Source of the DNA: an uncultured Actinomycetes bacterium
GTDB lineage: Bacteria > SZUA-79 > Acidulodesulfobacterales > Acidulodesulfobacteraceae
Direction of reading: 5' to 3'
Length of the DNA: 64,000 nt
NCBI GenBank assembly: GCA_964631685.1
Contig: CAZVZU010000002.1
Location: forward strand, 32,001 to 96,000
Of the stretch, positions 7,743 through 16,151 are shown piece after piece. Under the pieces are notes generated by a model that did no database searches, was not told the origin of the DNA, and saw nothing but the letters and a program-made list of their open reading frames with translations. Position numbers and translations under genes: made by a program. Position 1 is the stretch's first letter, and each line of letters starts with the position of its first letter.

Positions 7743-9197
7743 TCACATAAAACCTTCCATGCTATCTAAATCTTTTAACTCTTTGGCGCTCTTATAATTA
7801 ATCCATTTACCGATTGCTTTAACCGCAAAATAACTTCCAACGATCATACCGATGAAATAAACCCAACCGCTGGGGTCCCCGTTAACAACGGGAACAAAAA
7901 AGGCTCCAATATTACATCCTAAGCCTATTCTTACACCAATACCCATGAACCAACCACCGAATGTTGCGAAAATAATTGACTCTATATTAGGGACTTTCCA
8001 ACTAAATTCCTTAAAGGAAAGAGCCATTATAGCTGCGCCGATAATTGTCCCGAAAGACATTAATAAGGGCGGGTTAAGTATAGGGTTTGGAATTCCATTC
8101 GTAAAACCAAAAGTCATGTTGTTCATTAAATTCCAGCCTAATTTTTCAAACACCCACGCTAACCCTTGAGCTTCCTGCGTTGCAATATACCAATAACCCG
8201 GATCAAACACCCCTTGAAGTGCTATTCCGTGTGTATAACCCAACCGGTCAAGAACCTGTCCGAAATTAACAAAATGATATATCTTGCGGAGATCGCTTAA
8301 CACAAACATATTGAGTCCGGCAAAAACACCAAGCCCGATACCGCCGTACACGGTCTTTTTAGCCTGCGCCAACATTGACCACATCCCCTTTAATTCATTT
8401 TTAAACCCTATTTTTTTTGATGTAAATTTATTCTCATGTATGTAATGTTTTCTATGATACAGATAATATATTACGATGAGGACAATTATACAGGGGATAA
8501 TAACATTGATAAGGGTATTACTAATTAACACATTTGCCCATACATTGTGAAAATTAAGTAAATCTGCTATTGTATAGCCCTTATGCGTAAAAACATAACC
8601 TGCCATAAAATAATCGTACCAGGAATGCAAATATTGTTTAGGTATTCCCTTCTGAATAGCAGCCACTCTCCACGCTTTAGGAATAAAATAATTCAAAAAA
8701 CCAAAACTGGTTGCTCCGAAAATAATCTGCGACAACGCTAAATTAAACAGGACTATCCACGAAACCATGTTCCCTTCGCCCGACTTATATAGAGTACCGG
8801 ACGAACAACCACCGGCAAAAACGATGCCGAAACCGAATATAGCTCCACCAATTAATTCGCTAACGGCAAATGGATTAGGCGAAAAAGTTAGGAAATTAAA
8901 TCCCGTAACTATTGCCGAAATAATACCGTAAACTATTATTGCAACCATCAGCCCTGCGGCAACCCTCACAACCTTAATGGCAAATATATCACGGACAGCA
9001 GATGCCATACAAAAATGACCGTATTGAAGGAATAATCCGAATATTAATCCGAACCAATAATAAGCGAGAAGATATATGAACACATGATGGACATCATACA
9101 TTATTATCGAACCAATTATGCTTAAAACCAATAATGTAATTAAGCCCGTTGGAAACCTTTTAATTTTTGGAGCCTGCATAGCTTCGTTTTCTGGCAT
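7743..9197 (-). CDS. YeeE/YedE (TsuA/SoxT-like) sulfur compound transporter
   Basis: Multi-TM protein with the three family Cys motifs FCMASA, GGCSSGTLYK and LGCNIGAF. ATG 9197 follows SD GGAGG. Confidence 0.9.
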   Translation of the reverse strand: MPENEAMQAPKIKRFPTGLITLLVLSIIGSIIMYDVHHVFIYLLAYYWFGLIFGLFLQYGHFCMASAVRDIFAIKVVRVAAGLMVAIIVYGIISAIVTGFNFLTFSPNPFAVSELIGGAIFGFGIVFAGGCSSGTLYKSGEGNMVSWIVLFNLALSQIIFGATSFGFLNYFIPKAWRVAAIQKGIPKQYLHSWYDYFMAGYVFTHKGYTIADLLNFHNVWANVLISNTLINVIIPCIIVLIVIYYLYHRKHYIHENKFTSKKIGFKNELKGMWSMLAQAKKTVYGGIGLGVFAGLNMFVLSDLRKIYHFVNFGQVLDRLGYTHGIALQGVFDPGYWYIATQEAQGLAWVFEKLGWNLMNNMTFGFTNGIPNPILNPPLLMSFGTIIGAAIMALSFKEFSWKVPNIESIIFATFGGWFMGIGVRIGLGCNIGAFFVPVVNGDPSGWVYFIGMIVGSYFAVKAIGKWINYKSAKELKDLDSMEGFM

Positions 9198-9271
9198 AAT
9201 AAATATCCTCCACACCCTCTGATTTATAATTTAACAAATTTTTATATCACCCAAATTTGCTGTAAACTTAT

Positions 9272-9802
9272 TTAACCTTTAAGTTTTGGGGCATTTGGAT
9301 GTGCTGCATAAAATGCCTTCTCCTCTGCTGCACCTTTTTTAACAATCCGTGAAAGGCCGGATGAATGGCAAGCTTCACATGAAAATTTAGATGTATGAAA
9401 CGGGTCAGCTATAAGATGCGTATGTGCCATACTTTTGGCAATTGCAAAATCATTCCCCTTATGACAGGTAATGCAGGTTATATTTCCCACAGGACGGTGA
9501 ACGTGATGTATTGGACCAATATCCTTTTCGGACATGTTCCCATTGTGACATTCAACGCAACTTGAAGGAGCAAGTCCGCACGCATTCGCAACAGGTGTCT
9601 TGAAATTTTTCAAAAATTTATTGGAAATAGAGCCAACTGAAAAATTTTTGGATTGAGTATTGTGCACCACTACAACCCTAGATTTGACAGCGCCACTTAC
9701 CCATAATCTACTGAAAATAACCAGACCGAAGATAATAGGCAATATCAACGTAAATAAAAAAACCTTTTTCCATTGAATTTTAATTTTTCTCATTTTCCCC
9801 AT
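9272..9802 (-). CDS. Membrane-anchored triheme c-type cytochrome
   Basis: N-terminal hydrophobic helix; CVECH, CITCH and CEACH; one extra Cys in ACGLAPSSC. Confidence 0.85.
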   Translation of the reverse strand: MGKMRKIKIQWKKVFLFTLILPIIFGLVIFSRLWVSGAVKSRVVVVHNTQSKNFSVGSISNKFLKNFKTPVANACGLAPSSCVECHNGNMSEKDIGPIHHVHRPVGNITCITCHKGNDFAIAKSMAHTHLIADPFHTSKFSCEACHSSGLSRIVKKGAAEEKAFYAAHPNAPKLKG

Positions 9803-9843
9803 TCCCCCTAAATTTTTTAGATTTCATTCACTTCATAAAGATG

Positions 9844-9867
9844 AATATGCAAATATGCAAATATGCA
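9844..9867. repeat. Three tandem copies of AATATGCA in the operon leader
   Basis: Exact copies at 9844, 9852 and 9860; another at 9933-9940 and a variant at 10043-10049. Confidence 0.8.
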
Positions 9868-9892
9868 TAAATTCCTATTTATATCAAAAATA

Positions 9893-9908
9893 CAGACCGA
9901 TTAGTCTA
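9893..9908. promoter_or_regulatory. Putative NemR-like TetR operator CAGACC-GATT-AGTCTA
   Basis: Two mismatches to TAGACC-N4-GGTCTA, with an AGAC-N6-GTCT palindromic core. Lies just downstream of the predicted transcription start. Confidence 0.55.
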
Positions 9909-9917
9909 CACGTGTCA

Positions 9918-9947
9918 ATTGTACAAATAATAAATATGCATTGTCAA
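9918..9947 (-). promoter_or_regulatory. Sigma70-type promoter of the cytochrome-YeeE-TusA-DsrE-rhodanese operon (TTGACA-N18-TACAAT)
   Basis: -35 at 9947-9942, -10 at 9923-9918. Confidence 0.65.
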
Positions 9948-10089
9948 CATAAAAATTTATTACTATGAAAAATCGGATTTATGTTTTGTGACAAATATTA
10001 TTTGAATAAAAGGATAGATTTGAAAATAAACGAGAGGGCATAAATATGCGGCAAGGCATTAATTAAGTGTTTTTACGTTCGAGGATGTT

Positions 10090-10650
10090 TCAATTGGACA
10101 ATGTATGCACTTGTTTTTTCATAAGATGTTTGGATACAATTTTCAAAATATTTTCAGGCAGGAAACCCGTCCAGTGAAATGCAACCATACCGTCCTTTGA
10201 AATAAAAAATGTTTGTGGAATTTCGCTAATTCCACCGTACTTCCTTATTACCTCGGCCGTCGCATAGACCACAGGGTAATCAATTTTATTTCGACGTGTA
10301 AATGATGCAACCCCTTCTTTTGTGACATTCACGTTTATACCTATAATTAAAAAATGTTTCGACTTATTTTTATTGTAAAAATTTACTAAGTGCGGTATTT
10401 CCGCCCTGCATGGCGGACACCACGTAGCCCAAAAATTTACGAGCACCACCTTCCCCCTTAAAGCACTCAGGGTGATTTTTTTATAGCCCGAAAGATTAGG
10501 ATTCAAGACCCTCAGGCTAAAATTAGGAGCCGGAGATTTAGCAAAAGATGCCGCAGGCAAGAAGAATACTGCCAATATCAATAATAAAATAATCGGCAAC
10601 ATCTTAACAATAAGTGTTTCGCTTTTAATCGTTAACTGAATTTTTTGCAT
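10090..10650 (-). CDS. TlpA/ResA-family periplasmic thiol-disulfide oxidoreductase
   Basis: Signal/anchor helix, GKVVLVNFWATWCPPCRAEIP, and IPQTFFI (cis-Pro loop). Confidence 0.92.
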   Translation of the reverse strand: MQKIQLTIKSETLIVKMLPIILLLILAVFFLPAASFAKSPAPNFSLRVLNPNLSGYKKITLSALRGKVVLVNFWATWCPPCRAEIPHLVNFYNKNKSKHFLIIGINVNVTKEGVASFTRRNKIDYPVVYATAEVIRKYGGISEIPQTFFISKDGMVAFHWTGFLPENILKIVSKHLMKKQVHTLSN

Positions 10651-10686
10651 ATGAACGGACCTCCGTAATGCCAGGTTAAACTCACA

Positions 10687-11442
10687 TTATCCATTATACG
10701 GTATATTATAGCGGAAAGTATTTCCGAAGTATAATGATACAACCGAAAGATAGTTAAAAAATATAAGTATTCCAGCAATAATTAAAATAACACCACCTAT
10801 TATTGAAATAATTTTTATAAAAGGTCTAAGCTTTTTAGAAGCCGACAGAAAAAAATTAAGAGATAGAGATGCTATCAAAAATGGGATAGCAAGCCCCATA
10901 GCGTAAATAAACAATAGTATCCCGCCTTCTCCCGCATTGTGCGTAGTTGACGCTATAAAAAGTATTGAAGCAAGTATTGGGCCTATACAAGGTGTCCATG
11001 CAGCAGCAAATACGATACCTACTAAAACCGAACCGACTAACCCCACCGGCCTATTTTTAAAATTAAAGTTTGCATCTGATGACAAAAAGGATAAAAACCT
11101 AATTTTGTTAAATACCCCTAGTATAAATAGTCCCATAAGAACGATAAAAATACCCGCTACTCTCATAAGCCATATAGAATGAAGCAGATTTCCTACTGCG
11201 CTCGAGAACACGCCGAGTAGGACAAATACTGCTGTAAATCCAAGTATAAACATTAAGGAATGTTTGATAGACGACAACCTTGACCGTGCCGTTTTGTCCG
11301 CCATCAGTTCATCTACGGACATACCTGACACGTACGACAAATAAGATGGTATCAAAGGAAATACGCAGGGGGAAAGAAATGAAAATAACCCCGCAAGAAA
11401 AGCCACTAAAATAGAAACGTTAGGTATAAAAATACCATTCAT
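10687..11442 (-). CDS. ccdA: Cytochrome c biogenesis protein CcdA (DsbD-type transmembrane reductase)
   Basis: FLSPCVFPLIP and WTPCIGPIL motifs, 6 TM segments. Confidence 0.93.
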   Translation of the reverse strand: MNGIFIPNVSILVAFLAGLFSFLSPCVFPLIPSYLSYVSGMSVDELMADKTARSRLSSIKHSLMFILGFTAVFVLLGVFSSAVGNLLHSIWLMRVAGIFIVLMGLFILGVFNKIRFLSFLSSDANFNFKNRPVGLVGSVLVGIVFAAAWTPCIGPILASILFIASTTHNAGEGGILLFIYAMGLAIPFLIASLSLNFFLSASKKLRPFIKIISIIGGVILIIAGILIFFNYLSVVSLYFGNTFRYNIPYNG

Positions 11443-11544
11443 TCGATATCCTCCATTTTATTATACGATCGTTTAAATGCAATGTGCTCTATCTTGATAG
11501 TTTAATGCAAATATTATGCCATATTGTCAGCAACGTCGCACTAA

Positions 11545-12495
11545 TCAAAACAAACTCTCCACGAAAATTTCAGGAGAAAATTCCGATATCTCATCTGCCG
11601 ATTCCCCTGTCCCTATGAATCTAACCGGCAAATTCAGTTTATGTATGATATCAACAATTATTCCTCCCTTTGCAGAGCCGTCTAATTTTGTAATTATAAC
11701 CCCTGAAATATCTATAAGTTTTTTAAATTCCTCAACCTGCACTAATGAGTTTTGCCCCAGACTTGCATCTATCACGATAAAAATCTCATCAGGCGGATTA
11801 CCGAATGTTTTAGATATAACCCTTGTAATCTTGGATAATTCATCCATTAAATGCTTTTTATTGTGGAGTCTTCCTGCCGTATCTATTATCAATAACCCAT
11901 AATCTTTATCCTTTAGTTTTTGGACCGCATCGTGCGCAACGGATGCAGGATCTTGATTTTCTTTTCCGGATACGACAACGGTACCCGTTTTGTCTCCCCA
12001 AACCTCTAGTTGCTCTTTACCCGCTGCCCTGAATGTATCACAGGCAGCAATAATGACCTTCTTCTTATCGTTGTAATATTTACCAAGTTTGCCTACGGTA
12101 GTGGTCTTCCCTACCCCGTTAACACCAACCACCAAGAAAATATTTTTCTGATTATTTATTCGGATGGTTGGAAAATCCTTGGATATTTTATTCGCAATCT
12201 CATCCCTTAATGCACTTTTAACAATATCGCTGGCCAATGCAGTAGCCCCCTCCTGCCCAACCGAACATTTATTTTTGATATTCTTAAGCTTTAAGACTCT
12301 TTCTTTGACCCCTTCTACGATTTCATTTGCTGTTTGAAAGGATATATCGGATAAAACCAATGCCTCTTCGAGCATTTCTAGCTCCTCAACACCTATCCCA
12401 GCGGAACCAAAAATAGATGTTATTCTTCCCGATAACGCATTTTTAGTTTTTTTAAGGCTCTCTGTTAAACTCTTAAATTTTTTAAATACTTTCAT
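11545..12495 (-). CDS. ftsY: SRP docking protein FtsY
   Basis: GVNGVGKTTT, DTFRAA, DTAGR and TKLDGSAKGG motifs. Confidence 0.97.
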   Translation of the reverse strand: MKVFKKFKSLTESLKKTKNALSGRITSIFGSAGIGVEELEMLEEALVLSDISFQTANEIVEGVKERVLKLKNIKNKCSVGQEGATALASDIVKSALRDEIANKISKDFPTIRINNQKNIFLVVGVNGVGKTTTVGKLGKYYNDKKKVIIAACDTFRAAGKEQLEVWGDKTGTVVVSGKENQDPASVAHDAVQKLKDKDYGLLIIDTAGRLHNKKHLMDELSKITRVISKTFGNPPDEIFIVIDASLGQNSLVQVEEFKKLIDISGVIITKLDGSAKGGIIVDIIHKLNLPVRFIGTGESADEISEFSPEIFVESLF

Positions 12496-12539
12496 TAATT
12501 ACCTCATAGTGGAATATTTATATTTTGCATATGGCGTCC

Positions 12540-15500
12540 CTAACTCATTGAAACCGACACTATTTTAGAGATTCCCGGCTGCTTAGATGTTACGCCGAAT
12601 ATATTTTTACCTATTTCCATCGTTTTTTTATTATGCGTTACCAAAATTACCTGCGAATATTTAGATATTTCCTTTATAAGCCTGTTGTATCGCGCATTGT
12701 TAGCATAATCCAATGGCGCATCAACCTCATCTATCACGCAAAAAGGTGTTTTTTTTACCAAGAAAATAGCAAATAGGAGACTAACCGCTATCAGAACCCT
12801 TTCTCCTTGAGATAAAATATGTATGCCTGAAAGCTTTTTTCCCTGCATCTGCACATTAATCTCCATTCCGGGTAAGTCACCTTCGTCTTCATTTTCTTTG
12901 ATAACTTTTAATATATCAGCATGCCCCCCACCAAACAAGAAAACGAACAACTCATTAAATTTAAGCCTTATTTGTTTAAGGCTTAAATTGAATTTTTCTT
13001 TTGATACCAAATCTAATTTTTTTATTATATTTTCTAAGGAATTAATAGAATTTTCAAGGTCATTTTTTTGTGTCAGTAAAAAATCTTGACGGTTCAATGC
13101 CCCTTCATACTCGCTTGCCGCACTCATATTTACATCCCCAAGTTCTAACATTGAGATCTTAAATTTTTCTATATTTTTTTTGATATCGTCTTCACTTAAT
13201 TTATCGTAATAATCGGCCGGTAAAGCTAAGGATTCAAGGGGGGCGGTAGATTCATCCTCTGAAAATTCATCGCGTTCCAATTCCGACAATCTCTCCCTGT
13301 ACATGTTTAAGTACGTTAATGCAGAATCCTTTTTTTTATCAGCAATGCCCCTATCTTTCTTGACATCTTCGAGTTCTTTCTCAAGTTCACTTATGTCTTC
13401 CCTTGTACCCTCCAGATTGGCCTCAAGAGCATCAATATCGGCCTCTTCGGACTTAAGGGCGTCCCTTGACGCCACAACCTCGTTCCGCTTGTTTGATATA
13501 TCATCTAAAATAAGTTTTATTTCATTTTTAATATTATTAATCTGTAAATTCAGATTATCAATCCTCTTAGAGTAATTGATAATACCAACTTCAAAACCCT
13601 TGATCTCCTTTTTGAGAAAATTGAAATTTTGCTCTGCAGAGCTTATTTCTATCCTTAACTTTAATTCATCTTCTCTTACAGCTTCAAATTCACCTTCAAG
13701 AGATTTCAGCCTGTCATCGAGAATTTCTTTTTCTTTGTATGTTGACTTTAATCTATCTTCTAATGATAACCGCTCATCCTTAAGAATTATATTCTCCTCA
13801 ATTGCCTCAATTTTCTCCGATTCAATATTTTTTAAGTCTTTTTTTAGTATAGCGAGCCGACCATCAGATTTAGCTATGTGATTGCTTATATACTTTATGT
13901 CGTTTTTTACCGTTAATTCGTCAATTTCTTTTAACCTTATGTCTTTATTTAATTTATCTATATCGGAACTAATATTCTTTATATCTGCGCGTAAGCTTTC
14001 TGACAATAGATTATTTTCGCTTAATTCTCCTTCTTTTTCTACTTTAAAATTTTTGTATTCCGATAACTTTTTTTTACTGAGAAGTAAATTCTGACTTTCT
14101 ACGCTTTTATTCTTTCCCGCTATAATAAACCCGCTCGAAAGAAAAATCACACCATCATTCGTCACTATATCAATTTCCGGGAAGACTCCTGTTTGCCTTA
14201 TATAATCCAAGATATCCGCACAGTCCTTATAGTAGTAAAAATTCATTCCGATATCGTCTAAATCAAAAATTTCGTTCGGAACATTATTGTGATTTAGTAC
14301 GATTTTATCCTGCAATGGAATAATATCCCTTTGTTTGAATCCATCCTCTTTTGCGATACTTTTTTGGCTATCTTTGTCTGATATTTTATTTTTCCTTGTC
14401 CCTGGAATAAATATCTTAGTCTGTCCTTTCTGAGTATTGTTAATGTAATTCAGCGCCTTTTCCGCATCATTGATATTATTTACTACAACGGTTTCCAGCA
14501 AATCTCCGAAACCTGCCCATACGATATTCTCATATCCAGATTCTGTCTCTATTAAATCAGACAAAGGATAGGCATTGTAATCCCTGCTAGAATTCAAAAG
14601 CCTTTTTGTTCCCTCGGAAAAACCCTCACGATTATCGATGAAATCCGAAAGTTTGGATATCGCAATATCTATGCCTGCCAGTTCCTTTTCTAACTTATAA
14701 TTAATTTGAACTAATGATTCCAAATTATTTGAGAACTTAGATAATTTTTCACTTTCAGACGCATTTCGCCCCCTTAACTTTGTAAGATTTTTTGTATTTT
14801 CAAGGAAAAAATCGTTCTTTGCCGCTAATTCATCCTCAGCAATCTTAATCTCTCCTGAAATTTTTAATATTGAGCGATTCGTATCGATAATTCTTAACTC
14901 CACATTTTTTATATTTTTGTCATTAAAGATTAATTTATTATTAATATTTTGGGATTTCTCGGTTGTATCTAGAATATTATTATTGATAGCTTCTATCTCA
15001 TCTTTAATTTTTGAGACCAATCTTTTTTTTTCGACGCTCATTACATTTAAATCATCTAATTTTTTACGCAAAGCGTTTATAATTGACTCATTATTCAACT
15101 CTTTATTTTTTAAATCTTTAAGTTTATTGATATTTCTATTTTTTATATCATTTTGTTCTCGCGCTTCTTTGTATTTGTTTTCTAATTCCGATTCCAATTT
15201 TTTTATAGTTAATTCTTCGTGTTCAATGTCGGAATCTAACTTTGTTAAATTTATTAAAATATTATTTTTTTTATTTACCGCAAGCTTATATCTATCATCA
15301 AAATCATCGAATAATGTTTTTAATCCTGCTAAATTATTTTCAGTGGAGGTGTTTTTTGTTTCTAGTTCTATCAGTAATGCAGAATAATTATCTAGCGCAT
15401 CACTGTGCTTGGTGATATTGTAATTTATTTTTCTCTTCAATCTGCTACGTAAAACAAATTCCTGTTGACTTTTATCTTTTTCGAGCTCTTTATATTTTTT

Positions 15501-16139
15501 CAATACTTCAAATTGACCCTTTAATGAAATCAGCCTATTCTCAACCTCCCCGCAAAGATCGCTAATCCTTAATAGATTCAATTCCGCCAAATTCAATTTC
15601 CTTGAAGCCGACTTTTTTTGAGCTTTATACTTGGTTACCCCCGATGCCTCTTCAAAGAATAGCCTCAAATCATTAGGTCTATAGTTTAAAATAGCATTAA
15701 TCTTAGACGAATCGACAATAGAATAGTATTTTGACAAACCGCTTCCGCTGAAAAAATCAATATACTCTCTATATGGAACGGAGAATCCGTTTATTTTGTA
15801 ATCAGTCTCCTTGTTTTTAAAATGCCTCCTCTCAACCATTATTTCTGAAAAATCCTTATATTTAAAATCTAACGGGGGGTCATTTACGAAAACACACCTA
15901 CACAACGCAACAGAAGATTGACCCCTCAGGTTGGAGCCATGGAAGATAATATCGTTCATATTCTTTAGGCGCAGATCCTTAAGCGCCTGCTCTCCAAGAA
16001 TAAACCTAATTGCGTCGACAATATTCGTTTTGCCACATCCGTTAGGTCCGACAATGATATTTATACCTATATCAAATGGTATTCTTATCTTATCCGGAAA
16101 GGTTTTAAATCCAAAAAGTTCTATATATTTAAGATACAT
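12540..16139 (-). CDS. smc: Chromosome segregation protein SMC
   Basis: Walker A GPNGCGKTN, long coiled coils and hinge, Walker B IDEVDAPLD, smc-ftsY synteny. Confidence 0.93.
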   Translation of the reverse strand: MYLKYIELFGFKTFPDKIRIPFDIGINIIVGPNGCGKTNIVDAIRFILGEQALKDLRLKNMNDIIFHGSNLRGQSSVALCRCVFVNDPPLDFKYKDFSEIMVERRHFKNKETDYKINGFSVPYREYIDFFSGSGLSKYYSIVDSSKINAILNYRPNDLRLFFEEASGVTKYKAQKKSASRKLNLAELNLLRISDLCGEVENRLISLKGQFEVLKKYKELEKDKSQQEFVLRSRLKRKINYNITKHSDALDNYSALLIELETKNTSTENNLAGLKTLFDDFDDRYKLAVNKKNNILINLTKLDSDIEHEELTIKKLESELENKYKEAREQNDIKNRNINKLKDLKNKELNNESIINALRKKLDDLNVMSVEKKRLVSKIKDEIEAINNNILDTTEKSQNINNKLIFNDKNIKNVELRIIDTNRSILKISGEIKIAEDELAAKNDFFLENTKNLTKLRGRNASESEKLSKFSNNLESLVQINYKLEKELAGIDIAISKLSDFIDNREGFSEGTKRLLNSSRDYNAYPLSDLIETESGYENIVWAGFGDLLETVVVNNINDAEKALNYINNTQKGQTKIFIPGTRKNKISDKDSQKSIAKEDGFKQRDIIPLQDKIVLNHNNVPNEIFDLDDIGMNFYYYKDCADILDYIRQTGVFPEIDIVTNDGVIFLSSGFIIAGKNKSVESQNLLLSKKKLSEYKNFKVEKEGELSENNLLSESLRADIKNISSDIDKLNKDIRLKEIDELTVKNDIKYISNHIAKSDGRLAILKKDLKNIESEKIEAIEENIILKDERLSLEDRLKSTYKEKEILDDRLKSLEGEFEAVREDELKLRIEISSAEQNFNFLKKEIKGFEVGIINYSKRIDNLNLQINNIKNEIKLILDDISNKRNEVVASRDALKSEEADIDALEANLEGTREDISELEKELEDVKKDRGIADKKKDSALTYLNMYRERLSELERDEFSEDESTAPLESLALPADYYDKLSEDDIKKNIEKFKISMLELGDVNMSAASEYEGALNRQDFLLTQKNDLENSINSLENIIKKLDLVSKEKFNLSLKQIRLKFNELFVFLFGGGHADILKVIKENEDEGDLPGMEINVQMQGKKLSGIHILSQGERVLIAVSLLFAIFLVKKTPFCVIDEVDAPLDYANNARYNRLIKEISKYSQVILVTHNKKTMEIGKNIFGVTSKQPGISKIVSVSMS

Positions 16140-16151
16140 ATAAATTTAGCA

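Noticed and set aside
3878..9802. Selenoprotein (UGA read-through) in the sulfur cluster
   Set aside because: The TGA codons seen are at natural C-termini (one is an ATGA overlap). No domain appears split at a Cys position.
12823..15387. Plus-strand ORFs antisense to smc, and similar short antisense or nested ORFs across the window (e.g. 27367-27924, 53935-54471, 56177-56782)
   Set aside because: Ser/Phe/Leu-rich shadows of conserved minus-strand genes with no motifs of their own.
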